Shown piece by piece: positions 9,099 through 17,524 of a stretch of DNA of 64,000 nucleotides; positions within the stretch are counted from its first letter, which is position 1; the number at the start of each line of letters is the position of its first letter. This DNA comes from a virus (lineage: Duplodnaviria > Caudoviricetes): positions 32,001 to 96,000 of the IMG/VR virus record IMGVR_UViG_3300044266_000210, one strand, 5' to 3'. The position numbers were made by a program, and so were the translations under genes. The notes below the pieces were generated by a model. It saw nothing but the letters and a program-made list of their open reading frames with translations. It made no database searches and had not been told where the DNA came from.

Positions 9099-9127
9099 AT
9101 TATACATATTTTATTTAGACTTGTCAA
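9099..9127 (-). promoter_or_regulatory. Composite sigma70 plus late-type promoter for mazG-queE
   Basis: TTGACA-N17-TATAAT with TAAATA (9112-9117) inside the spacer. Confidence 0.75.
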
Positions 9128-9134
9128 GGACATT

Positions 9135-10172
9135 ATGGAAAAAACAATTATATCTTGGACTTTAAACGATTATTGTAAAGCACAATGTGAATATTGTCCT
9201 ACCCATTCTAAAGGGGGCGGACAACCACCAGAGATAAGTGAATATATCCGAATTGCAAATCTTCTTATAGATTCTTATAAAGTAAAGCAAGGAAGAAATA
9301 TAGAATGGATATTTAATGGTGGAGAACCATTTGATATGGATTATATGCCTTCGTTTCTTAAATTATGTAAGGAGCACGGGGATAGTGTAACGCTACATAC
9401 TAGCGGCGGAAGATTATGGATCGATTGGTGGGCAGTTGAGCCTCATGTAGATAATCTTGTATTAACATTTCACCATTGGCAAAATCCGGCTCTTATAAAA
9501 TACATTGTAGATACCTTTAAAAGCAAAGGCAAAGGATTTAGTTTAAGTGCCCCTATTAGACACACAAATGTTCAAGAAGATATTGATCGCGTACTAGAAC
9601 TTGAGGATCAACTTGGAATGTTAATTACAAAAACTCAATTATATTTCAACGCAGATCCTAGTGCAGGAATGTTAAAATACAGTTGGGAAGATCTACAGAA
9701 AATAGATTTTTTTAATTTAACCAAAGAAGGCAGAGTTCGAGCACTTGAAGAAAAAGCAAGAAGGATAGAAGAACAAAAAAAGCGAGAGGAAGAAAGATTA
9801 CGCCGTCTTGCTGAGCAACCACCACAGCCTGTGCCGGCACCACCTCCGCCACCTCCGCCACCTCCACCGGTAGAAAAAAGTCCTTTAGTTGAGGAAGTTA
9901 TATACTTCCAAGAAACTACCTGGGATCAGAGATACGAGGATTCTTACAATCAACATCCTAGCTATGCAGGACAGATGTGTAATGCCGGTGTAGAGAAATT
10001 AGTTATCGGGGCGCAAGGATGGGTAGCAGGTAGTAATTGCAATAATATTCCCTTAGGCAATATTTGGCATCCTGGATGGATGCCGCCCCAGGGTCCTCAA
10101 AAATGTGGAATGAAAGCCTGTGTAGATGCAAGCGATCAACTGATTACAAAGTTCCCTCTGAACGACCTTTAA
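9135..10172 (+). CDS. Radical SAM protein with twitch/SPASM-like C-terminus
   Basis: CKAQCEYC, GGEP, C-terminal CNAG...C...C...C; AAGGA RBS. Confidence 0.85.
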   Translation: MEKTIISWTLNDYCKAQCEYCPTHSKGGGQPPEISEYIRIANLLIDSYKVKQGRNIEWIFNGGEPFDMDYMPSFLKLCKEHGDSVTLHTSGGRLWIDWWAVEPHVDNLVLTFHHWQNPALIKYIVDTFKSKGKGFSLSAPIRHTNVQEDIDRVLELEDQLGMLITKTQLYFNADPSAGMLKYSWEDLQKIDFFNLTKEGRVRALEEKARRIEEQKKREEERLRRLAEQPPQPVPAPPPPPPPPPPVEKSPLVEEVIYFQETTWDQRYEDSYNQHPSYAGQMCNAGVEKLVIGAQGWVAGSNCNNIPLGNIWHPGWMPPQGPQKCGMKACVDASDQLITKFPLNDL

Positions 10173-10608
10173 GGTATTTGTCGTTGTGCATCCATGCACC
10201 TTTGTACCAGAATCCCCATTCTCGCTTTTGAGGTCCGGGCATGAATAGCGTCCAGCAGTCTACACCTTCGCATAGTTCAATACGATGATAACTAGTGGCA
10301 CTACAAACACGGAAGTGACCAGGACCGCGCCACATTCTTTCTTCACCGATCTTTTCTCCATTGGAGTTAAACTTTCCTACCCATTCGTAGTAGCCGCCCT
10401 TTAGGATAATCGTAGCATAACCCCATGGGTGATCATGCACATCATCGGGATCTGACTTAAGGAAACGGTGAAGAAACACATTGAAGGGGAAATGCTTTCT
10501 ATCTTTAAGAAAAAGGTAATAGCGTTCGAGATAAGGTTCATCGTTAATCCTGTCCATTACAATTCGTTTACGACCAAGTTTTTCTAACAAGTTAAGCAAT
10601 AGCTTCAT
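10144..10608 (-). CDS. Cupin-fold protein
   Basis: HDHPW...GGYYE...HRI metal-binding pattern. Confidence 0.7.
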   Translation of the reverse strand: MKLLLNLLEKLGRKRIVMDRINDEPYLERYYLFLKDRKHFPFNVFLHRFLKSDPDDVHDHPWGYATIILKGGYYEWVGKFNSNGEKIGEERMWRGPGHFRVCSATSYHRIELCEGVDCWTLFMPGPQKREWGFWYKGAWMHNDKYLKGRSEGTL

Positions 10609-11584
10609 TTTGGCTCATCCAATTATATGTGGTTTCTACAATGTTTAACAAGGTACTATTCAACGGAGCCCAGTTTGTGTCTTGAATGAAAGCGGAAGGA
10701 TCTGCAATAAGTTCTGCAGGATCTCCATCGCGAACCGGGCCAAAATTATAACGAAGCGATTTTTGAGTAACTTTCTTAACAGCTTCGGTAATTTCTAAGT
10801 TAGAATAACCATGTCCTGTGCCTAGATTATATGCTCTGAATTCTCCTTTGTCAAGAGAGTCACAAAGAGTTACAGCCTTAACATGTGCATCAGCAATATC
10901 ACTGACATGTAGATAATCTCTTATACAGGTACCGTCTTTTGTAGGAAAATCTGATCCGAAAATTGTAAATGGAGTATCCTCGAGTATTGCTTGAACTACT
11001 CGGGGAATTAAGTGACTATCATTCCATACATTACCTAATTCGCCGTCTTTATCACAACCACAGGCATTAAAATATCGTAAAGCAATGCTACGATGACCAA
11101 ATGCACGACTGTGATCTGAAATAACATACTCACACATTTTTTTACTATGACCGTATGGACTAACAGGAATTCCTTCGGCAGATTCTAAAATAGGAACTGT
11201 ACAGTTATTACCATATGTTGCCGCACTACTACTGAATATAATTTTACCTTGCCAGCCCAACGATTGTAGATCGTTTAAGAATGTATTAGTCTTGGCAACA
11301 TTGTTATTATAGTATTCTCCAGGATCTTTAATGCTAGGTCCAACTAGACTTGTTCCTGCAATGTGTATAACAGCATCGGCTTCTTCGCGGTGTACAATCT
11401 CAGCACCAAGATTTACAAAGTCGTCAATAAACAATTGATCAACAAAGGAAGCTCCTTGGGGGATTGTATAGTTTCTATCTATACCTACGACCCGATATCC
11501 TGCTTTCTTAAAAGCCTTAGCGGTGTGCCCGCCAATAAAGCCAAGCACACCGGTTATAACAACAGTTTTAGTATTTTGATTCAC
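10592..11584 (-). CDS. galE: UDP-glucose 4-epimerase-like extended SDR
   Basis: TGxxGFIG, FSSSAATYG, YGHSK, LRYFNACG, DGTCIRDYLHV. Probable GTG start at 11584. Confidence 0.88.
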   Translation of the reverse strand: MNQNTKTVVITGVLGFIGGHTAKAFKKAGYRVVGIDRNYTIPQGASFVDQLFIDDFVNLGAEIVHREEADAVIHIAGTSLVGPSIKDPGEYYNNNVAKTNTFLNDLQSLGWQGKIIFSSSAATYGNNCTVPILESAEGIPVSPYGHSKKMCEYVISDHSRAFGHRSIALRYFNACGCDKDGELGNVWNDSHLIPRVVQAILEDTPFTIFGSDFPTKDGTCIRDYLHVSDIADAHVKAVTLCDSLDKGEFRAYNLGTGHGYSNLEITEAVKKVTQKSLRYNFGPVRDGDPAELIADPSAFIQDTNWAPLNSTLLNIVETTYNWMSQNEAIA

Positions 11585-12743
11585 GAGTATGACTACGGTA
11601 ATCTGTGGACATACGCAACCATTTCTCACCCCGCCCGTCCATAATATCGCAGATGCGATCAATGGTACCATTGTTCCAGTTGCTAATATCTCCTGTATTG
11701 TGTTCCCACTTAAGAAGGTCTTTTAACTTATTCATAGCATCGTATATACTCCATGGAATATAAAGTCTGCTATGATCGTTAGCAAAAGTTTCTGGGAAAC
11801 TACGATAGGCAGGATAAAGTACATTACAACCAAGAGTGTCTGCTTCGGAAACAGTATTACTAACCCAATCTTGTAATGCACAATTAAACAAAACACGAGT
11901 ATCGTTAAGGAGGTTATAATAATCGTTTTTGCTTAGATCTTCAAAAACAGTTAACAGGCCCCGATTCTGTAGATCTCGTGTGCGTTGCATATAGCTATCA
12001 TTATTTGATCTCAGCTTGGCACCGCTGAATATACAAAACTCTACAGGAATGCTATTTCCGTATTGCTTGTTCCATTCTTCGATTAGATCCATGTAGAAGT
12101 CGGGCTGTTTCTCTTGATCCCAACGAGCTGCAAAACCTACACGCATTTTGCGTTGATTAAAAGGAATTAGATCTCCAACACGACTACGAACTTCATCTTT
12201 ACCAAATGCTAATCCTGAAATATTGTAGATTGGCGCCTTCCAGCCTGCAATCTTCATATGCATTACCATTTCTTCGTTAGTTGCAAGTACTCCGTCTACA
12301 AATGAATCAACCATTTTTTCGTAATGTCCCATGAAATCTTGCATACCCCATACATGAACAAAGTCATCAGGATCAATGGACTGAGCAAGACAACGAACAT
12401 AAATCCTAGGCCTGAGACTAGCATCGATCTGCTTAAGAATATATGGGAGGCTTTCGATTCCAGGCTGAAACATATCCTCAAAGTAAATAACATCTTCATT
12501 GTTAAGTTCACCAGCCTTCATCATACGCACAAGATTCATAAGTTGGCTCATACCAAAATATGTGCGTCCGTGTGCATCTAATACTTGCCCTGTTACAATT
12601 GCTTGATCGTTACTAAGTGTATCGCCGGGCACTAACACATAGTCAATGCCTCGGCGCTTAAACACAGCTTCGTTCCAGTCTTGTAACTGTAGAGTATAAC
12701 GGGCCTTGTAGGGCTCAAGACCCATGTAATACAGTTTTCTCAT
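11568..12743 (-). CDS. GT-B fold glycosyltransferase (GT4-like)
   Basis: ARWDQEKQP, QDWVSNTVSEA (D-x7-E), YPAYRSFPE. Confidence 0.75.
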   Translation of the reverse strand: MRKLYYMGLEPYKARYTLQLQDWNEAVFKRRGIDYVLVPGDTLSNDQAIVTGQVLDAHGRTYFGMSQLMNLVRMMKAGELNNEDVIYFEDMFQPGIESLPYILKQIDASLRPRIYVRCLAQSIDPDDFVHVWGMQDFMGHYEKMVDSFVDGVLATNEEMVMHMKIAGWKAPIYNISGLAFGKDEVRSRVGDLIPFNQRKMRVGFAARWDQEKQPDFYMDLIEEWNKQYGNSIPVEFCIFSGAKLRSNNDSYMQRTRDLQNRGLLTVFEDLSKNDYYNLLNDTRVLFNCALQDWVSNTVSEADTLGCNVLYPAYRSFPETFANDHSRLYIPWSIYDAMNKLKDLLKWEHNTGDISNWNNGTIDRICDIMDGRGEKWLRMSTDYRSHTRESKY

Positions 12744-12952
12744 GTGCGTTGTTTATAATCTTTTTTAAACTTTCTGTCATTATAATAAGGACGAGAAAAG
12801 TCTCGATATTCTTTACTCTTGTAAAGATCCGCAGGGTTAAAAGGTAGCAGATTAAATCTGCAATGATCCAACCATTTATCAAGATCGTCAAAGATCTTTG
12901 TAACTTCGGGTTTCATAACAAGAGTTTTCTGAATGTATGCAGGAACTGACAT
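12740..12952 (-). CDS. Hypothetical protein
   Basis: 70 aa, within the modification operon. Confidence 0.65.
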   Translation of the reverse strand: MSVPAYIQKTLVMKPEVTKIFDDLDKWLDHCRFNLLPFNPADLYKSKEYRDFSRPYYNDRKFKKDYKQRT

Positions 12953-12957
12953 TTTAT

Positions 12958-13365
12958 TTAGATGTGATTAAAAATTGATGATGGAAATTTAATGAAGCAA
13001 CCATTTTCGTTGTCTTCACTTACCTCAATCCAAACCTCGCGGCCTGGATATCTTGCGACGATTGTCTTGAATAAATCACGAGCAATCATTTCGCAGGATT
13101 TGTAGTCAAGGCTTAGAGTGGCACCTTGACCATTATACAACGACTCGAGCCATCGTTTGAATTGGATGAATTCGATGTCCCGGTCATCGTGGAACACATT
13201 GATCCACACCCTGAAATGAAAGATGTGGCGATGAGGATAGCCCAAAAACGATACATCATATTCATCACCTGTAGCTAGATTAGGATCTTCCAAAGCAGCC
13301 GGATATTTGTGAATACCTTCTTTTTGGAATTTAACCCAAATCATAGAAGTTTCTTTTTCACTCAT
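12958..13365 (-). CDS. QueD-paralog T-fold protein, DpdL-like (candidate CDG decarboxylase)
   Basis: EGIH, LGYPHRHIF (LxxxHRHxF), DRDIEF, SCEMIA, VSEDNENG. DpdL assignment is from recalled motif only. Confidence 0.7.
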   Translation of the reverse strand: MSEKETSMIWVKFQKEGIHKYPAALEDPNLATGDEYDVSFLGYPHRHIFHFRVWINVFHDDRDIEFIQFKRWLESLYNGQGATLSLDYKSCEMIARDLFKTIVARYPGREVWIEVSEDNENGCFIKFPSSIFNHI

Positions 13366-13540
13366 TGGTATCTTTCTTTGCTTTTGTAGTTGGCTTTTTT
13401 ACATCAGACTTCTGTGGGATATTGTCTTTCATCATGTTATACATCTCCCAGAGTTTCCAATCGATGCTTTCAAGCAACTTAAACAGTTTTTCTTGTGGGT
13501 CCTCTTTAGGACTTCCTTTTGTAATTTTTGAAGTAATCAT
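13358..13540 (-). CDS. Hypothetical protein
   Basis: 60 aa with overlapping ends. Confidence 0.6.
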   Translation of the reverse strand: MITSKITKGSPKEDPQEKLFKLLESIDWKLWEMYNMMKDNIPQKSDVKKPTTKAKKDTNE

Positions 13541-14079
13541 TTTAATACCTTATCGTTTTTATATTTAGACCAGTCTGTAAATTTGCTACGATCCATTAGG
13601 GATTGTAGACTGTGTGTCCACACACCGGGGTTTGTTGCGTTAAAATCTTTGTCATCGATTTTAACCATAGTGTTATAATTCCACAATTTTATATAGGGAA
13701 TTCGTACACTAATTTGGGGAATAAAGTTATTGTAATCGCAGAGTCCACCTTCGTGGAATTCTTCAACGGCACTGGTCGGAATGTCAAGGCTACAAAGATA
13801 TCCGCGATCAAGAAAATATGTAATCATTGATTCCCAACGTTGCCATTCTAGATTATCTTTAGGATTAAAACTTTGATTGGCACCAAAGAAAATATGTCTA
13901 ATATGCTTGGTGGTATCTGTATAAGAATTTTGATCTGTAAGAAAACTTTCAATAACTTCTATTGATTGAATATCTGTTACGAACAGTGTTTCTAGGCCAA
14001 ATGCAGGAGTATGCTCAACTTCGGTTCCAATAAAGAACATAACATCTTCACTTGAACCAGACTCGTAATCACGCTTCAT
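13537..14079 (-). CDS. Hypothetical protein in the modification cluster
   Basis: 180 aa with enzyme-like segments (GTEVEHTP, HIFFGANQS, ATNPGVW). Confidence 0.7.
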   Translation of the reverse strand: MKRDYESGSSEDVMFFIGTEVEHTPAFGLETLFVTDIQSIEVIESFLTDQNSYTDTTKHIRHIFFGANQSFNPKDNLEWQRWESMITYFLDRGYLCSLDIPTSAVEEFHEGGLCDYNNFIPQISVRIPYIKLWNYNTMVKIDDKDFNATNPGVWTHSLQSLMDRSKFTDWSKYKNDKVLK

Positions 14080-14320
14080 TTTTCTTTTTGCGCTTAGTTG
14101 TTTTAACAGTATTAACTTTAACAGAGTTTTCGTACTCTGTCAACGCATTTTGGACATCTCTGGTTAATGCCTCATCATCCCAAATTAATTCGGTTTTACC
14201 ATCTGCGTAGGTCTTAACAGTTAAATGACTACCCTGATTAATCTTAGGCCATCCATCACTAGGAACATTTACCATTTCTGCTATATCTGCAGATTCGATT
14301 ACTTTTTTCTTGCGTGGCAT
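14069..14320 (-). CDS. Hypothetical protein
   Basis: Start at MPRKKK. Confidence 0.6.
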   Translation of the reverse strand: MPRKKKVIESADIAEMVNVPSDGWPKINQGSHLTVKTYADGKTELIWDDEALTRDVQNALTEYENSVKVNTVKTTKRKKKNEA

Positions 14321-14321
14321 T

Positions 14322-14828
14322 TTATTCATCCTTAAAATCTGTAACATTGCCCTCGGCATCGGCAATAATAATGCGGGATACCGAACCGTCTTCGTTGGTA
14401 ACTTCTAACGGTCCCCATACCCAGCATTGAGTTTCGTCAAGGAACCAATCACCGTCCCCATCTTCTTCTAGTGCGTAAGACCCTTCTTCGTTAATTAATT
14501 CCTCTAGGCGTTCTGCTTCATCGGAATCTTCGATACCTTCAATATCGATATCTCCCCAGCAGCCGCCATCGAACATTTCAACCATTTCTGAATTTTCAAT
14601 ATTACTACCGCTTACTGAGAATAGATCTAAACTATCTTTAGCACCATTGCCGCCAGGTACTTCAGTAAATTCAAAGTCTGGAAATTCATCATCACTAGTT
14701 TCAATCGTGAATTCTGCGAATCTAAATCCGTCTATAACTTTAATATGTCCGTTACCGCCTCTCTGGAGGAAGTGTTCATGTTGCTCAACATTTTTTTTAT
14801 GATAAGTTTTAACTGTCCAAATTGCCAT
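14322..14828 (-). CDS. Acidic hypothetical protein
   Basis: 168 aa, AGGAG RBS. Confidence 0.7.
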   Translation of the reverse strand: MAIWTVKTYHKKNVEQHEHFLQRGGNGHIKVIDGFRFAEFTIETSDDEFPDFEFTEVPGGNGAKDSLDLFSVSGSNIENSEMVEMFDGGCWGDIDIEGIEDSDEAERLEELINEEGSYALEEDGDGDWFLDETQCWVWGPLEVTNEDGSVSRIIIADAEGNVTDFKDE

Positions 14829-14829
14829 T

Positions 14830-16383
14830 TTATTCTCCTGTTACACTTTCTTCAAGTGCTCTTAGATCGTCATCGTCGGGGTTTTCTGTATCAATTTCGT
14901 CTGAATTGGTAACTTCTTCTACTTCAAACAAACTGTGAAACTTATTTCTTGCGGGACCGCCTTGTAAGCGAGCACCGTCGAGACTTTGTAAAAAGCCGGC
15001 AGCACTATCTATTAGTGAAAATGCTTCTGCTTTATTTTTTGTTTCAAACAATTCTTTTACAAATGTTTCGAAGTAAAGTATATTACGAGGAACGAATGGA
15101 CTAGGCTCGTCCTGATTAATGTTTTTACTGTTTAACTTAGTCCATTGACGCCATGTTTTGTTAAATTTTGCATGTTCAACATCGGATAAGTGATTAGCCT
15201 TTTGTACAGCATCAATGTGTTGATAAACATTATGGCCCATCATTAATGCATAGGCAAAGCTATCCCAAGATGTCTTACCTTCTTTTCCTACTTTGTTTAG
15301 CATACCCGGAGCATACCAACAAATATCGCCCATTGTTAATCTGCGGCCAATTTCGCTTTCAAAAGGGAAGGGGATTGTGCTTCCTGAAAGTGCTTTGTTA
15401 TCTGGGGCTTTGTCCATAACAGTACTCCACTTTTTGGGCGTGTGTACTGGGTCTGTGTAGCAGAGTCCGTGTGCTGTTGCGACGAACGGTGAGGCGCAGT
15501 CAAAAGAGATGGTAATTTCTTCATTAATGTGTTTCCTAAGTTGTCGTTGAATTGAAGTTAGATAGCAAGACCAGTCTAACTGAGCTGTACCCAAAAAGTG
15601 GATCCAGTTTTTGCCTTTTAGCAAACCATCCTCTCTCATGGTCATTAGACGCTTGAGAGTAATATCCATTTTACACATGTTAACACCACCAAAGGCCCAA
15701 CCTTCTGCGGCTTTGTCACCCCATACATTGTTATCACTAAATTCTTTTACACCCTGATACCATTCTTCGGCAGTATCCCAGTCGCTTCCTTGCAATACAT
15801 TTAGGAATTTTGTATGACCTAGTCTACGACTTAACCAATATTCGTTATTGAATTTAGTCTTATCTAAACAATCTTGAAAACTAGTAAGTCCTGTGCGTTC
15901 TCTGTTTTCGGGCAAACATGCCCAGCTAGGAACATCTAGTAACATTGACCAGTCTGCTGTAAATTCTAACCAGGCAAGAATATCATCACGAATCTTATTT
16001 GCCGCAGGACCGTCAAAGTTTTTCCAATCAAATTGAATAACGCCCTTACCTATCTGATAGCCTCCTGAGTCTCCTAAGATCATTGTGTTGTTTTTATCGC
16101 GTCCGTGAATCATACTATCTTGTGTGATAGCTTTGTTTAGATCTAGTTGTGCATGGCCTGCGGAATATAAGGCATACTTATAATAAAAGTATCCTTGTTC
16201 AGGATTAAGAAAGTTCATACCTTCAATACCACGATCAAACCCCTTAGGAATACGATCGTTAGGTACAAATTCTCCTAATCGCTGTTTAGCAACATAGGTA
16301 CTATAAAAAGAACTAATTGCTGGCAAGTAGACAGCATAGTCTCTTTGTAATGGTGTTAGGTCAACTGGTGGTCTGTTCTTCAT
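14830..16383 (-). CDS. dpdA: tRNA-guanine transglycosylase-like protein (DpdA family, 7-deazaguanine insertion)
   Basis: TGT-barrel motifs DSGGYQ, LDVP, VLQG, FGG, HFLG, SFDCAS, HN; sits with queD, queE and the DpdL-like gene. Confidence 0.75.
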   Translation of the reverse strand: MKNRPPVDLTPLQRDYAVYLPAISSFYSTYVAKQRLGEFVPNDRIPKGFDRGIEGMNFLNPEQGYFYYKYALYSAGHAQLDLNKAITQDSMIHGRDKNNTMILGDSGGYQIGKGVIQFDWKNFDGPAANKIRDDILAWLEFTADWSMLLDVPSWACLPENRERTGLTSFQDCLDKTKFNNEYWLSRRLGHTKFLNVLQGSDWDTAEEWYQGVKEFSDNNVWGDKAAEGWAFGGVNMCKMDITLKRLMTMREDGLLKGKNWIHFLGTAQLDWSCYLTSIQRQLRKHINEEITISFDCASPFVATAHGLCYTDPVHTPKKWSTVMDKAPDNKALSGSTIPFPFESEIGRRLTMGDICWYAPGMLNKVGKEGKTSWDSFAYALMMGHNVYQHIDAVQKANHLSDVEHAKFNKTWRQWTKLNSKNINQDEPSPFVPRNILYFETFVKELFETKNKAEAFSLIDSAAGFLQSLDGARLQGGPARNKFHSLFEVEEVTNSDEIDTENPDDDDLRALEESVTGE

Positions 16384-16738
16384 CTTTACTCAATATTACT
16401 GTTACTTCTAGTTGTTCTTCTGCTCTTTTAACTGCTTCAACTGCGGCAGCAATAGCAGGATGCTTCTTTGCTAGTGCCTCACGCTCCCATTGTTTGTTAC
16501 GCTGATCTCTTGCCCAATCTAGTAATGCCTCTGCTTCACCTGTTAAACTTATAGTTGAGTAGGTGCTGGGCATTGTTAACCAGGTGTTACCATCATAGAC
16601 TTCTACATTTTGGCTACTAGGATTATACCTCATATTACCGACCATAGACTGACCGCTGAAGCTGTTCATGTACAATGAACTAGTTCCACCACCACTAACC
16701 TGCAGGTACTTGCCAGCGTTTGAAATGCCTTTAATCAT
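16361..16738 (-). CDS. Hypothetical protein
   Basis: 125 aa between the clamp and dpdA. Confidence 0.7.
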   Translation of the reverse strand: MIKGISNAGKYLQVSGGGTSSLYMNSFSGQSMVGNMRYNPSSQNVEVYDGNTWLTMPSTYSTISLTGEAEALLDWARDQRNKQWEREALAKKHPAIAAAVEAVKRAEEQLEVTVILSKDEEQTTS

Positions 16739-17469
16739 GCCTGTGCAGGAATAATATATTTGTAGGTAGCAATACCGCTATCTAACTCAATCTGCATTGC
16801 ACCGTCGTTACTAAAACTCATTTTAGTATTATTGCCGTCTGCAATCTTAAGAATGCTTAGTACAGCACCAACTGGCCATGTCCATGCTTTGTTTAGTTTA
16901 CCTGTTACGCCCGATGCAAAAGTAAATTCTCCACCGTGTGTACTCTGATCGCCAAATACAAACACCAGTTTGTCACCGTCTGTTTTAGCAAGGAATGTTG
17001 TATGTTCTGTGTTTGCACCTGCTTGAAATTGAAATCTTTGGATAGAACTTACAGTAGGCTCAACTTCAACATGCCAGTTAACTCCGCGGAACTTAACAGT
17101 CTTGAGTTTCTCGTTAATGATTTCTGTATTCATAAAACGATAGTCGTTCTTAAAGTCACCATCTTTATTTTCAAAATGTAACCCAACCGGCAAGTCTTCA
17201 CCATTTCGGGTCGCAGTAACAACTTCAATCTTAGCACCTTCTTGATATTCCTTGCCCTCAACTAGATAGCGCAGTTTTTCTAACTGAGGCATACCAAATA
17301 CTCCCTTCATGTTAGCCTGCGGATCCTTTGTTTCGGCATACATAATGACGCTACGGTCATCTGCCATACTATCAACTTGTGTTTTTTTATCGTCGCCTGT
17401 AACCTTAACAATGTTAAGAAATCCTAGTTTGTTTGTGTGGTTAACGATGTCTTGTAAAATGTCTCGCAT
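16735..17469 (-). CDS. Probable DNA sliding clamp
   Basis: 244 aa beta-rich, directly downstream of polB, C-terminal YIIPA resembling PCNA/gp45 clamps. Confidence 0.6.
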   Translation of the reverse strand: MRDILQDIVNHTNKLGFLNIVKVTGDDKKTQVDSMADDRSVIMYAETKDPQANMKGVFGMPQLEKLRYLVEGKEYQEGAKIEVVTATRNGEDLPVGLHFENKDGDFKNDYRFMNTEIINEKLKTVKFRGVNWHVEVEPTVSSIQRFQFQAGANTEHTTFLAKTDGDKLVFVFGDQSTHGGEFTFASGVTGKLNKAWTWPVGAVLSILKIADGNNTKMSFSNDGAMQIELDSGIATYKYIIPAQA

Positions 17470-17488
17470 AATAATAATCCTTTGTTAA

Positions 17489-17517
17489 ATTTTATTTAGA
17501 TAATATGAAAAAGTCAA
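17489..17517 (-). promoter_or_regulatory. Composite sigma70 plus late-type promoter
   Basis: TTGACT-N17-TAAAAT with overlapping TAAATA (17493-17498). Confidence 0.7.
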
Positions 17518-17524
17518 GAGTTTT

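Noticed and set aside
11568-11671. Frameshift fusion of the glycosyltransferase to GalE
   Set aside because: An in-frame GTG at 11584 explains the overlap, and there is no obvious slippery site with a downstream structure.
14830-16383. Canonical tRNA-modifying Tgt for queuosine
   Set aside because: It lacks the CxCxxC zinc site, is longer and divergent, and sits with replication genes; a DNA-directed DpdA-type role fits better, though this is unproven.
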